In this document: piece by piece, positions 53,601 to 64,000 of the stretch
Layout: the number at the start of each line of letters is the position of its first letter
Numbering within the stretch: the first letter of the stretch is position 1
From: Adineta vaga
Taxonomy: Eukaryota > Animalia > Rotifera
NCBI GenBank assembly: GCA_021613535.1
Contig: CP075493.1
Location: forward strand, 372,001 to 436,000
Reading direction: 5' to 3'
DNA: 64,000 nt
The notes under the pieces: generated by a model
What the model saw: only the letters and a program-made list of their open reading frames with translations
The model's database searches: none
What the model was told of the DNA's origin: nothing
Program-made: the position numbers and the translations under genes

Positions 53601-56600
53601 CTCATAGAGATCTTAACCGAATTTAATCAGAATTTTTAGCGAATAAAATATTACTTCTTTTTACAAAAGGCTATCCTTTCCTTTATAATATCGAACTTTG
53701 TTCTGTTTTTTATCGCAGAAAACGCATTAAAATGCTTCAGATGTCACGTCATCACAAAAAACAATTTATCAAGATAGTTTAGATACGATCACAACGTATT
53801 AAACTTAAGTTATGATATTGATCGATTTATTCATACTTACATCTGGCCTAAGCTGCAAAAATAACTAACTCAGAAAAACCATGTATTTACATATATTTAG
53901 AGAGAGAAAAAAAGACTTCTATCGGAGTAAAAAAAAGGCAGATGGGCCTACTACTGATAATAGTTTATTCAAGACAGTTCGAGACCTGGGGTCTTCATTA
54001 ATTATAATAATGGGTGCGAATGCATCAGAGATGCTTTCGGATATTACTAATTTATGCAAACAGCACGAACATTCAACTTTCTGAGAGCGCGTGTTCGTTG
54101 CTACTACAAATACCCACTTTTCTAACCCTTAAGAGAAATAAACTCTCAGCAAACTCGAAAAAATCACCGCCCTCAACACTAATATCCAATAGCTCTCTTA
54201 TGATCGTACCAAACACCCAAACATACTTATACAAACACCCACAGAACTTCGTTATCTACATTTTGACTCAAGTAAGTATCACCCTTAAATACGTTGAAAC
54301 GATAAAATCCGCCATGGATATACGAAACCGGACGAAAAGCACTCTTAGAGATTCACTGACATCCGAAATCTTTGTCATAGTTCAGACAAACACTCGCACG
54401 AACACTAGCTAAAAATTCTTTGCTGTCCGAATATTAATACAGTTTTTATTAAATTTCATTATTAATTTTACGATGTTTTTGACCATTTTTTATAATTTTA
54501 CAATTAAACATGGTAAAGCATTACGCATCATATACTAGAGTCCAATTTATACTGTTTCCATAATACTAGGAAATATAATTTGGATATGTCAAGCTATCTT
54601 TATAACCTAACTCAATATTTCCAAAAATGTATCTCTGTCTCTGAATTTTGCTTATTTTAATGATTTTAATGTACGGCAAGAGATTGGTGAAGGGAAGTTT
54701 GTTTCAAAAATATGGGTGAACTGTATCTGGATCAAAATATATATTATGGAGTTCTATGAGTGTTTATCAAGACATGTTCCAATGTTTGTCTGAATTATGA
54801 TAGAGATTTTGAGTGTTAGTGGATCTTAAAAAGTGCTTCTATACCAGTTTCATATATCCCTAGCTGATTTTATCATTAAAACGTGTTTGGGGATGGTACT
54901 TAATTGAGTCAGAATGTAGATCACGAAGTTCTGTGGGTGTTTGCCACGATTATAATAGAGCTACTGGGTGTTACTATTGAGGGTGGTGATTTTTTTCGAG
55001 TTTGCTGAGAGTTTATTTCTCTTAAGGGTTAGAAAAGTGGGGGTTTGTGGCCATAACTCGTCGAGGTGTGGGTGTTTGTAGTAGCAACCAACACGCGCTC
55101 TCAAAAAGTTGGGTGTTCGTTTTGTTTGCATAAATTAGTAATACTCGATGCTTTCTTACGAGCAATGAAGGCGTCAGCTTTTTAACTGTCTTTGGTAAAC
55201 TACTATTAGTATTAGGCCTACCTGCCTTTTTTTAATTTCGATGGTAGTATGGAAACTAGGATGATGATTCCATGTGTTTATTGATTATAGATAAAACTAA
55301 TGGCAGACTGCTAGTATATATCTTTCTTAACTCAAGTACTTCCAAGCCATTTCGGCGTCTTAAGGTCATTTTGTACTCACCTGATACTTATTTTTCATAC
55401 GCTAGTTTTGAAACGCATGAGACAATAGAAAGTGTCCGTTATACGAAAATCTAATGCTGTTTGGGTCAACAATGGTCCAAGTTAATTAGTCGACGAGTTA
55501 GAAGCATGTTAATCATAAGAATTAAATGATGTTTAGGATTTGTAGATATTAAAGAGTTACGAATCATTTATTTTTGGAAATTTCTTACGTGTGGTTGATT
55601 TTGGGAGAGACTGATTTGATCATGTGAATATTGTGGTTCGTTGATACAGCCGTTAGTCAGAGATATACGAAAACAGTATTCTTTTTCTCTATAAAGAAGT
55701 TATCATATTCCATGTAGTATTTTGATTTGTCACAGGAATATTGCTAGGGATTTTGATTATGGAGTAGTAGACCACGACTTTGATCACGAATTATCATTCG
55801 ATTTACGTGGCGCCATCTCAGCTGGCCATGTCTGTCGTCGAGTTCAGATCAGTGGGTTTCCGCCTGCCTGATTGATTTACCATGTTCCATTGATCAGCAA
55901 GTATATTATTCCATGAATTTGTAGCCTATTCTGTATTTTTGAATGAGGTTTCATTGTTCGAAATATCGTTTAATATCCCACAGCCACAGAATATCCCTGA
56001 AAGTCTTTAGTGAAAACGAATGTTCCTTTCTCGAGATATTGGATTTTCAAAATCTGGTCGGTTAACACAGACGTACCACAAAAAACGAGTTCACTTGAAT
56101 ACTTCATATCTCAACAAAAGGAACATTCGTTTTCACTAAAACTTTCAGGATATTCTAATGGCTATTAGACTTATTATTGAGCAGTATTTCAGACCAAAAT
56201 ACCGTAACTTGATTTTCCGATGAATATCTACAGATAGGCTGCAAATTCAATGGAATGGCCATAACGCTTGATCAATAGGCCATGGGCCCGAACTCTTCTA
56301 GAGTTTTCTTAGTCTTACTGAGTCCTACTCATCACCAGAATATGAGGTCGAACGGCGTCCGACAGTTGAATATGTTCCCTCGTCAGTTATATGAGACTAC
56401 AAAAAACAATACGTTAAAAGTCGTGGTCAAACACTACTACTGATATAATCAGCAATCCATTTCACTTGAAAAATATTCCAGTGTGATGTGGTTCGATGCG
56501 CCCTTTCACATGGAATCCAAATATGGTCTTGGATTTTAATTTTAACCTTCTTTTGATAGAGAATACTATAGAAAAAGTACTGTTTTCTACTGCCAAAAGT

Positions 56601-58021
56601 ATTTTAAACATATCTCTACGATAACAAAAGATAACGGGCAACATTTTTATATCAAAGTTTTAACGAAACCACAATATTTTACAGCCAAAATACAGTCCAA
56701 ATCAGCACCTTTCAGAATATATAAGATAGTTGATACTTTATTAATACACATGGGAAAATCTTTCAATAGTATGGGTGTCTAAGAAAATAGATTTTTCTCA
56801 TTTCGCCTTAAATTGATGTTCGGCGTATACGGACCCCTTAAAGAAATTTCTAAAACTGGGTGTGAATATTTTAATATCTCGATATGGTCTACAAATCCTG
56901 GAAGCTTCATTCGATTTGGACAACTTTGAGTATAAAGTGGTTAAGATTCCATGGATTATCCCATGTGTTGATTAGGAACTGCGTGCGTTGTGTATAGAAA
57001 ATGTTTCTAAAAACATAACATCTTTGTTGCAGTTACAAATGTCTTCAAGGAGTTACATCATTTATGGTTTCGCAATAACAGGTATAACGTGTTATAATCA
57101 AATGAATTCAACGAAACAGAAGACAAAGATGATTCTCCTTCACACGAAAAAATCAGCAGATCTTGGATAAGGACAACAGAAATGAAAAATATAAATTCCA
57201 TCTTTCATAATATGGAATTAGGTGAATAGGTAATAAAATCTTAGATGTGGTTGATCGCGAATACATGACTCGATCTATTCTAGGTTATTCTAATCAATTT
57301 ATCGAGTGATTGTTCGACACGTTAGACGTGATTACTCTCAGTTATGCCAACGTTAAAGTTGGACAGTTATTTAAATATTCATCGATATACGTGAGGCGAT
57401 ATATACAAATAAACTAACGCAGATCAGTTTTCTACAGAAGCTTTAAAAAAACTCGAAACACTAGAATATGTAATGTTCACAGGAACTGAAACAGATGTGA
57501 TGACGAAACTAGTGCAAACCGTGTTGAGAGAAACGCGAATAGTATGAAGAAACTTTACAGAGATTTCAACAAAAATATCCAGGAATATATTGAAAGCTTT
57601 CGAATACTGTTGAAACGTCACTGTATTTACTTTTTAGACTTTGTATCCAAAACTGATTTAATAATTAAAAAAAGTCAGTAAATGCCCCCCCCCCCCCCAC
57701 AATAAAAGACCCCTGGGTCTTCTATTATGATCAAGCAAATCGCACTTCTTTTAGCAAAAATCGCCCTACCCTACAGGGCGTTTTTTCAAAATTTTCGCTC
57801 CAGAGGAGTCTTCTGTTATGGGAGGGGGGCTTTACGTCATCTACAATAGTTGAAAGCAAAAGCAGTAAATATTAATTCAATATCTTATCTAATAGATGAT
57901 TAAAACTCATTAATTATAAAGAAGTATTGGTTCGCGTAATGATAAAAGAATAAATTACCTTAGTCATGCCAACGCCAACTACAAAGACGCGATTCTTGAT
58001 ATTAGTTTGCTTCTTTTCCAT
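50601..58021 (-). CDS. SCP2: SCPx-type peroxisomal thiolase lacking the SCP2 domain (DAF-22-like), multi-exon
   Basis: Exon 1 [21 protein letters not shown] (58021-57959), then a 4.4-kb intron. Later exons give [82 protein letters not shown] and QHNIGLGGA. The spliced C-terminus [10 protein letters not shown] carries a PTS1. Confidence 0.92.
53930..55232. mobile_element. Large foldback element in thiolase intron 1
   Basis: ttttctaacccttaagagaaataaactctcagcaaactcgaaaaaatcacc (54118) and its reverse complement at ~54985-55035. tactaatttatgcaaac pairs with gtttgcataaattagta. Confidence 0.75.
55755..56452. mobile_element. Foldback MITE in thiolase intron 1 (relative at ~49850-50005)
   Basis: Outer pair gtagtagaccacgacttt / aaagtcgtggtcaaacactactac. 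Inner pair tttagtgaaaacgaatgttccttt / aaaggaacattcgttttcactaaa. Confidence 0.65.
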
Positions 58022-59625
58022 GATCTATAATATACAAGATATTTTTTAGTATATTGTTTCTCGAAGATGAAATTATCTAAAACACTTCTGAAGGGTGAAT
58101 GTAAACTGAAATGCCATTACATCACAAAAGATATTATTTCGACATTACCTCATGATATCACTGACTTCTTTATCGTTAATTTTCTCCTGTCATTTTTTAT
58201 ATGGATACCAAGCAACTGACACAGGAGTGTTACTTTATCTTTATTTTAAAAAATCAGGAGAACTGGGTATCAGTCATTCTTTTTGAAACAAAATGAAAGA
58301 AAAATTGCCAGTCACAAAATAACTGATCGCATAAAGACGCGCTCTAATATAATTTTGCCTTAAAGCATCGAAAGTTTTTGCAGCAAGTTATCAAATCTTC
58401 GCGAAAGCTAGAGAACTCTGTCACTTTACTACTTCATTTTGTGTTTATACAAATAGCATTTGGTTGTTTTCCAAAAATGTAAGTTTTCATTCACAACGAA
58501 TTACGAAAATACAAAATTTTTTTACTAAAAAGGGGAGAAACAACGGTTTTTAATGCAGTTATAGAATATTGAAGACCTCTTATCAAGATTGATTCAGTAG
58601 TTCATGTTACTGAAGTTGGGGTTTAAGAATAAAAACTTTCTAAAAATAGAGCTGGAGTCAAAAATATCGAAGATGTAGTTCACTAGGTTGAACACGGTAA
58701 CTTAGGATAAAAAGATGACAGTAAATCTGAGGCTTAGTACAACTTATATGTAGTCGTTGTGTCAGATGAATGCGCATTTTTTTTCTTTTTTTGAGTATTT
58801 ATTCTTATTTGTCTTTTTCTCAACAGATGCTAGGTGAAATTAACTTTAAAAGTAGTCCTTGGAAAGACTGCAAATTACTCTACAATATAATTCACATGAT
58901 CAAAAAAAAGGAATATCTTCAATAAGTCAGAGTTTGAAAATCAAAGATAATAGAATATTTAGAAATTAGCCTTTCGAGAATCAACTTGGGTGGTTAGTTT
59001 GATTCAGGATTACTATTATGTTTGGATAAGTAGATCATTCAATCTTATTTTAGAAGGATAAAAAGAGGTAAATGTGCCAATTCTATGTGATACAGTTGTC
59101 ATAAACAAATTATACGAAACTGTACTAAATTTTATTTGTATGGTGAGAGTCGTTAGCATGAAGTTCCTGAACTGATACAAACACCCGCGAGTTAACCCAA
59201 AATTTCATTTCGACATTGTCTTGTCTCGGCTTGTCGCATCTCACAGGCTTCTCACTTACCGCCATCTCACCTACCTCTACAAAATCATAATACGAAAAGT
59301 GATACTTTTACATATAGCCTTCCTATCACATGAATATTTTCACATATAATACCTATGAAAAAATTAGACAAACAAAAACAATAATCTTCGTAAGGTGCCA
59401 CGAAGTACTTCATCCGACGCATTCTTAAACAGAACTTTTTTAGGTCGCCATCGTTGATAATCAAGAACGGTTGGACATTCATCCATACCTCTTCTGCAAG
59501 AGATTTTTTTCTATAGTTCGAATTTCAGTTTCATTTAGTTTTATGAATTTTGGATGATTAGAAGAATAAGAGACAGTTAGTGTTTGTTTGTAAGATGAGC
59601 TGTTTTGAACGCTTTTGATTTAAGA

Positions 59626-59750
59626 AGGGTGAGGGTGTGTGAGGGTGAGGGTGTGTGAGGGTGAGGGTGTGTGAGGGTGAGGGTGTGTGAGGGTGAGGGT
59701 GTGTGAGGGTGAGGGTGTGTGAGGGTGAGGGTGTGTGAGGGTGAGGGTGT
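59626..59750 (+). repeat. Perfect telomere-like tandem array (AGGGTGAGGGTGTGTG)n, ~7.8 copies
   Basis: The 16-bp unit equals (TGAGGG)2TGTG and is uninterrupted over ~125 bp. Confidence 0.95.
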
Positions 59751-60029
59751 TATGCTTCCATCCTTACCCACTTATGCAGCCGTTCAGGTTTGCGCAGATA
59801 TATGCAAGCGGATGAAATTTGTTTTACATATAGGTGTATTTCAGCGAAGCCGTACCATCGCTGATTAATCTGTATCCTACAATCTACTCCTTTTCATAAC
59901 GGGTTCGCTGTAATGGCTAAGTCTTTCGTGTTTTGCATACTTCTGCCTTGTTTTCCGGCATAGTAAAAGATTTCTGTCAAAAGATTCTTTGTGAAATTCT
60001 CTACAAGACGTGGATATCTTTATTGTTTT

Positions 60030-60300
60030 AAATAATCATCATTATTCCGAGACATACGATTCAATTTATTGGTCCAACAAGCACAGCTTTGAAAGACAAC
60101 ATTTTCTCGGATCAATATTGCATTGGATGCCACCTTATTCCAACTGATGCAGTCCACGAATTCATCTCAAGTATAATAGTCCAATGGATCAACATCAGGA
60201 CTGTTTGGTGGTCATTGGTATTTATCGATAAACTAGTGGAGGTATCCGCTGCAAAGGCAAAACCTTTCGTATTCTATATGACATCTTAAAAGACGACAGA
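60030..60300 (-). pseudogene. Tc1/mariner transposase C-terminal fragment
   Basis: Minus strand reads FIDKYQ*PPNSPDVDPLDYYT*DEFV..ISWNKV..VVFQSCACWTNKL, a degenerate WPPNSPDLNPLDY motif. Confidence 0.65.
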
Positions 60301-60672
60301 GGACAAACAGATTTGTGCTTGAAAATTAGGCATCTACCACCACAGGATATTTTGCCATACATACCTGACAGAGGCAACTCCACTCGGGCACCAGTCGGAC
60401 GCTTCTCCAAATTCATCTCGTGTAGGGTGAGGGTAAGGAGTGTGGGATGAATGTCCATTTTACACCCACACTCATACTTCCACATCCTCACTCTCACTCA
60501 CACACTGGAACTCACACTCTCACACACTCACAACCTCATACACTGGTTGGATATAAAAGAAAGAAAGAAAGAGAGTCATTGAAGTAAAACGAAAGAGAGA
60601 GGAAAAGAATCTGCTTTAGTCGATTCATTTTATCATTATTGTTAGCATTACATACGCTGTTTTTCTGATTTC

Positions 60673-61206
60673 ATGGATCAAAATTTATCTGCTGAGTTAT
60701 TTTCTACGGACGATGATCTAAAGCCTATTCTTGGCAAACATTGGATTCATCAATGCCTTGACGATGAACTATATGAAGTCTATGTGAAAAATAGAAATAC
60801 TATTGACTTTCGTACTCTTACAGGAGTAGTAGCTGGAAGATGGTTCAAAGGACAACATGCGAACATAGTACGACTTTCATCAAAAGCTAATTTATTTAAC
60901 ATTTCATGGTACGAAGCCACCGGCGCATGTGCTAGCTTAATCATAAATTTAGACGAACGTGTTATTAAGTTAAATGTATTTTTTCCCCGATGGATAATGA
61001 ACGATCCCGACAAAACAATAGGCTTCGAAAATGAACATGTCGATGAGATACTTCGACAGCGCGATGCAGGACCAACTTATCCCTTAGGAAGTCTTCACGA
61101 ATTCGCAAAAGTGAAATTTATAGAAGACTGTGGTGAAAACAACGAAACTGTCATTGCATGTCATCCTAAGGATTTACCTGATGGTTATTTGGATCGTTCT
61201 AATTAA
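60673..61206 (+). CDS. padC: Phenolic acid decarboxylase (PAD/PadC)-like protein, intronless
   Basis: 177 aa. YEVYVKNRNTIDFR, GVVAGRW, ISWYEATG, FFPRWI, RDAGPTYP, EFA and GENNETVIAC align with bacterial and fungal cofactor-free PADs. A TATA-like tataaaa lies at ~60552. Confidence 0.9.
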   Translation: MDQNLSAELFSTDDDLKPILGKHWIHQCLDDELYEVYVKNRNTIDFRTLTGVVAGRWFKGQHANIVRLSSKANLFNISWYEATGACASLIINLDERVIKLNVFFPRWIMNDPDKTIGFENEHVDEILRQRDAGPTYPLGSLHEFAKVKFIEDCGENNETVIACHPKDLPDGYLDRSN

Positions 61207-62517
61207 CTAATTACGAAACTGTTTTTATTGTTTGCGTGACATTCTCTTTTTCTTTTCTTTCCAATAAAACTCAATACTACGTAAGATGTGAGTTTGTGTG
61301 TGAATATGGATATTTTCATTTGATTAAACCCACATCCACACCCACATCTACAACCACACTCAAACCGGCTCAGCGTAACTGATGGAAAGGATTGATAAGC
61401 GCGAAATTTGGTGATTTTGGATTCCAATCACCTCAATGACTTACAACGAGCTCCTATGGATTCCAATTGATTTTCATGAATTTTGTGAGAATTCTTACAA
61501 AAGGTTATGAATGTCTTTGGATTCTATTTTATTCCATAGTTTCCTTGGATCTGTACACTCGCATCCTCAAGATGGATGAAAGAGTTAGACTGTTCCGGTA
61601 CTCTCGTTAGAAAAGAATTATCTGCCTATGTCTGTACTTAGAAATCGTTACTGACTAATTATTTCAGTTATGCTTCGTGACAAACAACATTGACTATTCG
61701 GCACTTAGGGTCTCTTCCCCAAGTATTATGAGAAAAAAGTGTGACTTTTTATGAGCGAAGACAGAGCATATTTGGAGCGCCACTGGTGCGAATCATAAAC
61801 ATCATAATCAGACCTTTCAAAGCATTTTTTCATTCAGTCTGCATGGCCTTATAGACCCTTTATGTCACTATGATGACCATTAGTAATCAAGTATTTGATC
61901 ATATTCACCACAAACTATCTTGTCGAGCACTCCATATCGAGCTCTCTGTAATGTGTAATTTTTACCCTGAAAAAATGTAATCTGAGAAAAACATGCTGAG
62001 CTCCGGGCCAAAACTGATTATTTCTCGGATGTATCGATCGTCGCCCGCAAACTTCGTTACGAAGAAAACCTTGCCACAACTTGAAATTCTCACTATAACC
62101 ATCTTTTGTTCATTTCTTCTCACTATTCACAGTAGATATAGGTGAGAGTATCATATAAAGGGTGTTCTGTGATAACTGAGGATAAGTTGTTAATGAAATT
62201 TTTTGTACTTTCTCCTGGCGTAGCAAGGTGAAAGTTTTATCGCTTATATATTAAATGAAAACCTACATATAGTAAAAGTTTCAGCTCGCTAGCTAAAACC
62301 AGTCGTGAAATAAATCGACAACACTGAAATACAAAAGTTTTGGTCAAAACATCAATTTTTATTCTGTACTGCAAGGGGTAGTTCCAAAGATACTCTACCA
62401 AAAAACTTTAAAAGCATATAGGAAAATTTGTTTCATATTAGAATTTGTGGCGTTTTTTCTCGTGACCATTTTGGTAGAAAAACTTTTCGAATTTTATTGA
62501 GAAGTGGCTATCTCTTA

Positions 62518-63137
62518 CGAGGGAACATTCCGAGGTGTCTATCTTCGATTTCCCGACTTCCGTCATATTTTGATAGTACATAGTGACCTGTTAAAAACCT
62601 CAAAAGAATTTGCGTTGAGATTGAGTTGGATTAGAATTATGAAGTTTTCAATATAGTAATGTATTAAAAATTCCTGTGGGAACCCCTGGTTCGAAAAAAC
62701 CGAAAATTTAATTCTGAATCTCAAATTTTGCCCAAACAACGAACTAAGTCAGAGTGGTCTATACAGAAAAATTCAGAAGTTTTAGATAAAGTTGCAGTGA
62801 GATCTGACATCCAGGAGAGAGCGTGCTCGTGTAGTAAAGAATCCATACTATTGAATTAGCCAATGTTCATGAAACTTTGTCTAAAATTTCTGAATTTTTC
62901 TGTATAGACTACTCTAACTTAGTTCGTTGTTTGGGTAAAATTTGAGATTCAGAATCAAACTTTCGGTTTTTCCGAGCCAAGAGTCCCCCATAGGAATTTT
63001 TAATAGATTGCTATATTGAAAACTTCATAATTCTAGTCCAACCCAAATCCTTTGAGGTTCTTATCAGGTCGCTATGTACTATCAAAATATGATGGAAGTC
63101 GGGAAATCGGAGACAGACACCTCGGAATGTTTTTTCG
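62518..63137. mobile_element. Foldback MITE with ~270-bp TIRs, nested in an older inverted-repeat element (~62440-63475)
   Basis: aacattccgaggtgtct..tttcccgacttcc..tttgatagtacatag pairs with ctatgtactatcaaa..ggaagtcgggaaa..agacacctcggaatgtt. The left end is ta|cgaggg. The flanking pair is gtgaccattttggta / taccaaaatgatcac. Confidence 0.8.
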
Positions 63138-64000
63138 TTAATGAAAATATTTATTGTGAAAACTGAACATGTCAAACTGTTTCTTGATAGAAGTATGATG
63201 TATAATGTTGAGTCTAAATTTATTTATCCTATTTAATCATAATTGAGAAGCCATTTTCTGGTTTCATCGAGCAAATTTCCCTCCACAAAATCCACTATGT
63301 AACATTTCTTCAGAATTTAGTCATTTTAAGATATATGGATCGACTTCTACCTAGACGTTAACCCGGTTTATAGTGTTTAGTACTTTATCCATAATGTCGG
63401 CATTGCTCGATGGAATTGGAAAGGTTTTTTTACCAAAATGATCACAAGAAAAAGCGCTACAAAGTCTAATATGTAAGAAGATTTTTTCGGATTTTGTTAG
63501 ACTGTTATGGCTGAACTCCCATCAAATTGTCCTGGAATATTTTGACTAAAAAAATATCAAAAAATCGTTCAGATAAATTGAAAAGTTATTGTGTATGATT
63601 TACGATTTTTGAATTTCAAATTTTACAGGGATTCTCGAAGGTTGCTGCTGATTCCTGAGGGATCTCGCGGATTCAAGAATTTCGTTCTTTACTCCTTTCT
63701 CTTGAAAGATTAAGGGCAGCTACAAATATAATGGATATGTTCACAATACTGCTCATTTTATTGAAGGTTTGTCGTATGAAAATAAATCATCGATTTACCC
63801 TTTATGTTTAAAGTTGAATTCTGATTTAGACCAATCGAAATCATCACTTAAGTCTCGTTCTATCTCCTATCATTGCGATGAAATAGGTTTTACTATAAAA
63901 ACCAAAACTCTTTGATTGGTGGTCGAAAAATGAGGTTTTGCTCAAACCTTTCCTATAAAAAAATACGTCAAAATCCTGACAGTTTTATGCTAAAGTGCTC

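Noticed and set aside
59577-59771. ORF with PSPSHTLTLTHPHPHT repeats
   Set aside because: It is a translation artefact of the 16-bp telomere-like array.
13125-61206. Bacterial or fungal contamination as the explanation for intronless enzyme genes
   Set aside because: They are interleaved with spliceosomal-intron genes and eukaryotic TEs, have similar AT content and show no operon structure. Read linkage is still needed for proof.

Overview
AT-rich eukaryotic DNA with ~50-65 bp GT-AG introns, TGAGGG-type telomere-like repeats, many foldback/MITE elements and several microbial-type enzyme genes. This combination most resembles a transposon-rich, possibly subtelomeric region of a bdelloid rotifer (inference). 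All six recognisable cellular genes act on small molecules: a 5' fragment of a 2OG-Fe(II) dioxygenase (-), an intronless acyltransferase-3 (+), a full-length multi-exon ABCB/P-glycoprotein exporter (-), an intronless BAHD/HXXXD acyltransferase (+), a multi-exon SCPx/DAF-22-type peroxisomal thiolase ending in SKL (-), and an intronless phenolic-acid-decarboxylase-like gene (+) flanked by telomere-like repeats. Mobile DNA includes an orphan env-like glycoprotein remnant, three piggyBac copies (one full-length and nested in a P-element-like transposase relic), a DD41D Tc1/mariner element and many MITEs. The leading hypothesis is an animal specialised-metabolism or phenolic-detoxification gene neighbourhood built partly from horizontally acquired genes. 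Passive accumulation of foreign genes in a TE-rich region is a serious alternative.
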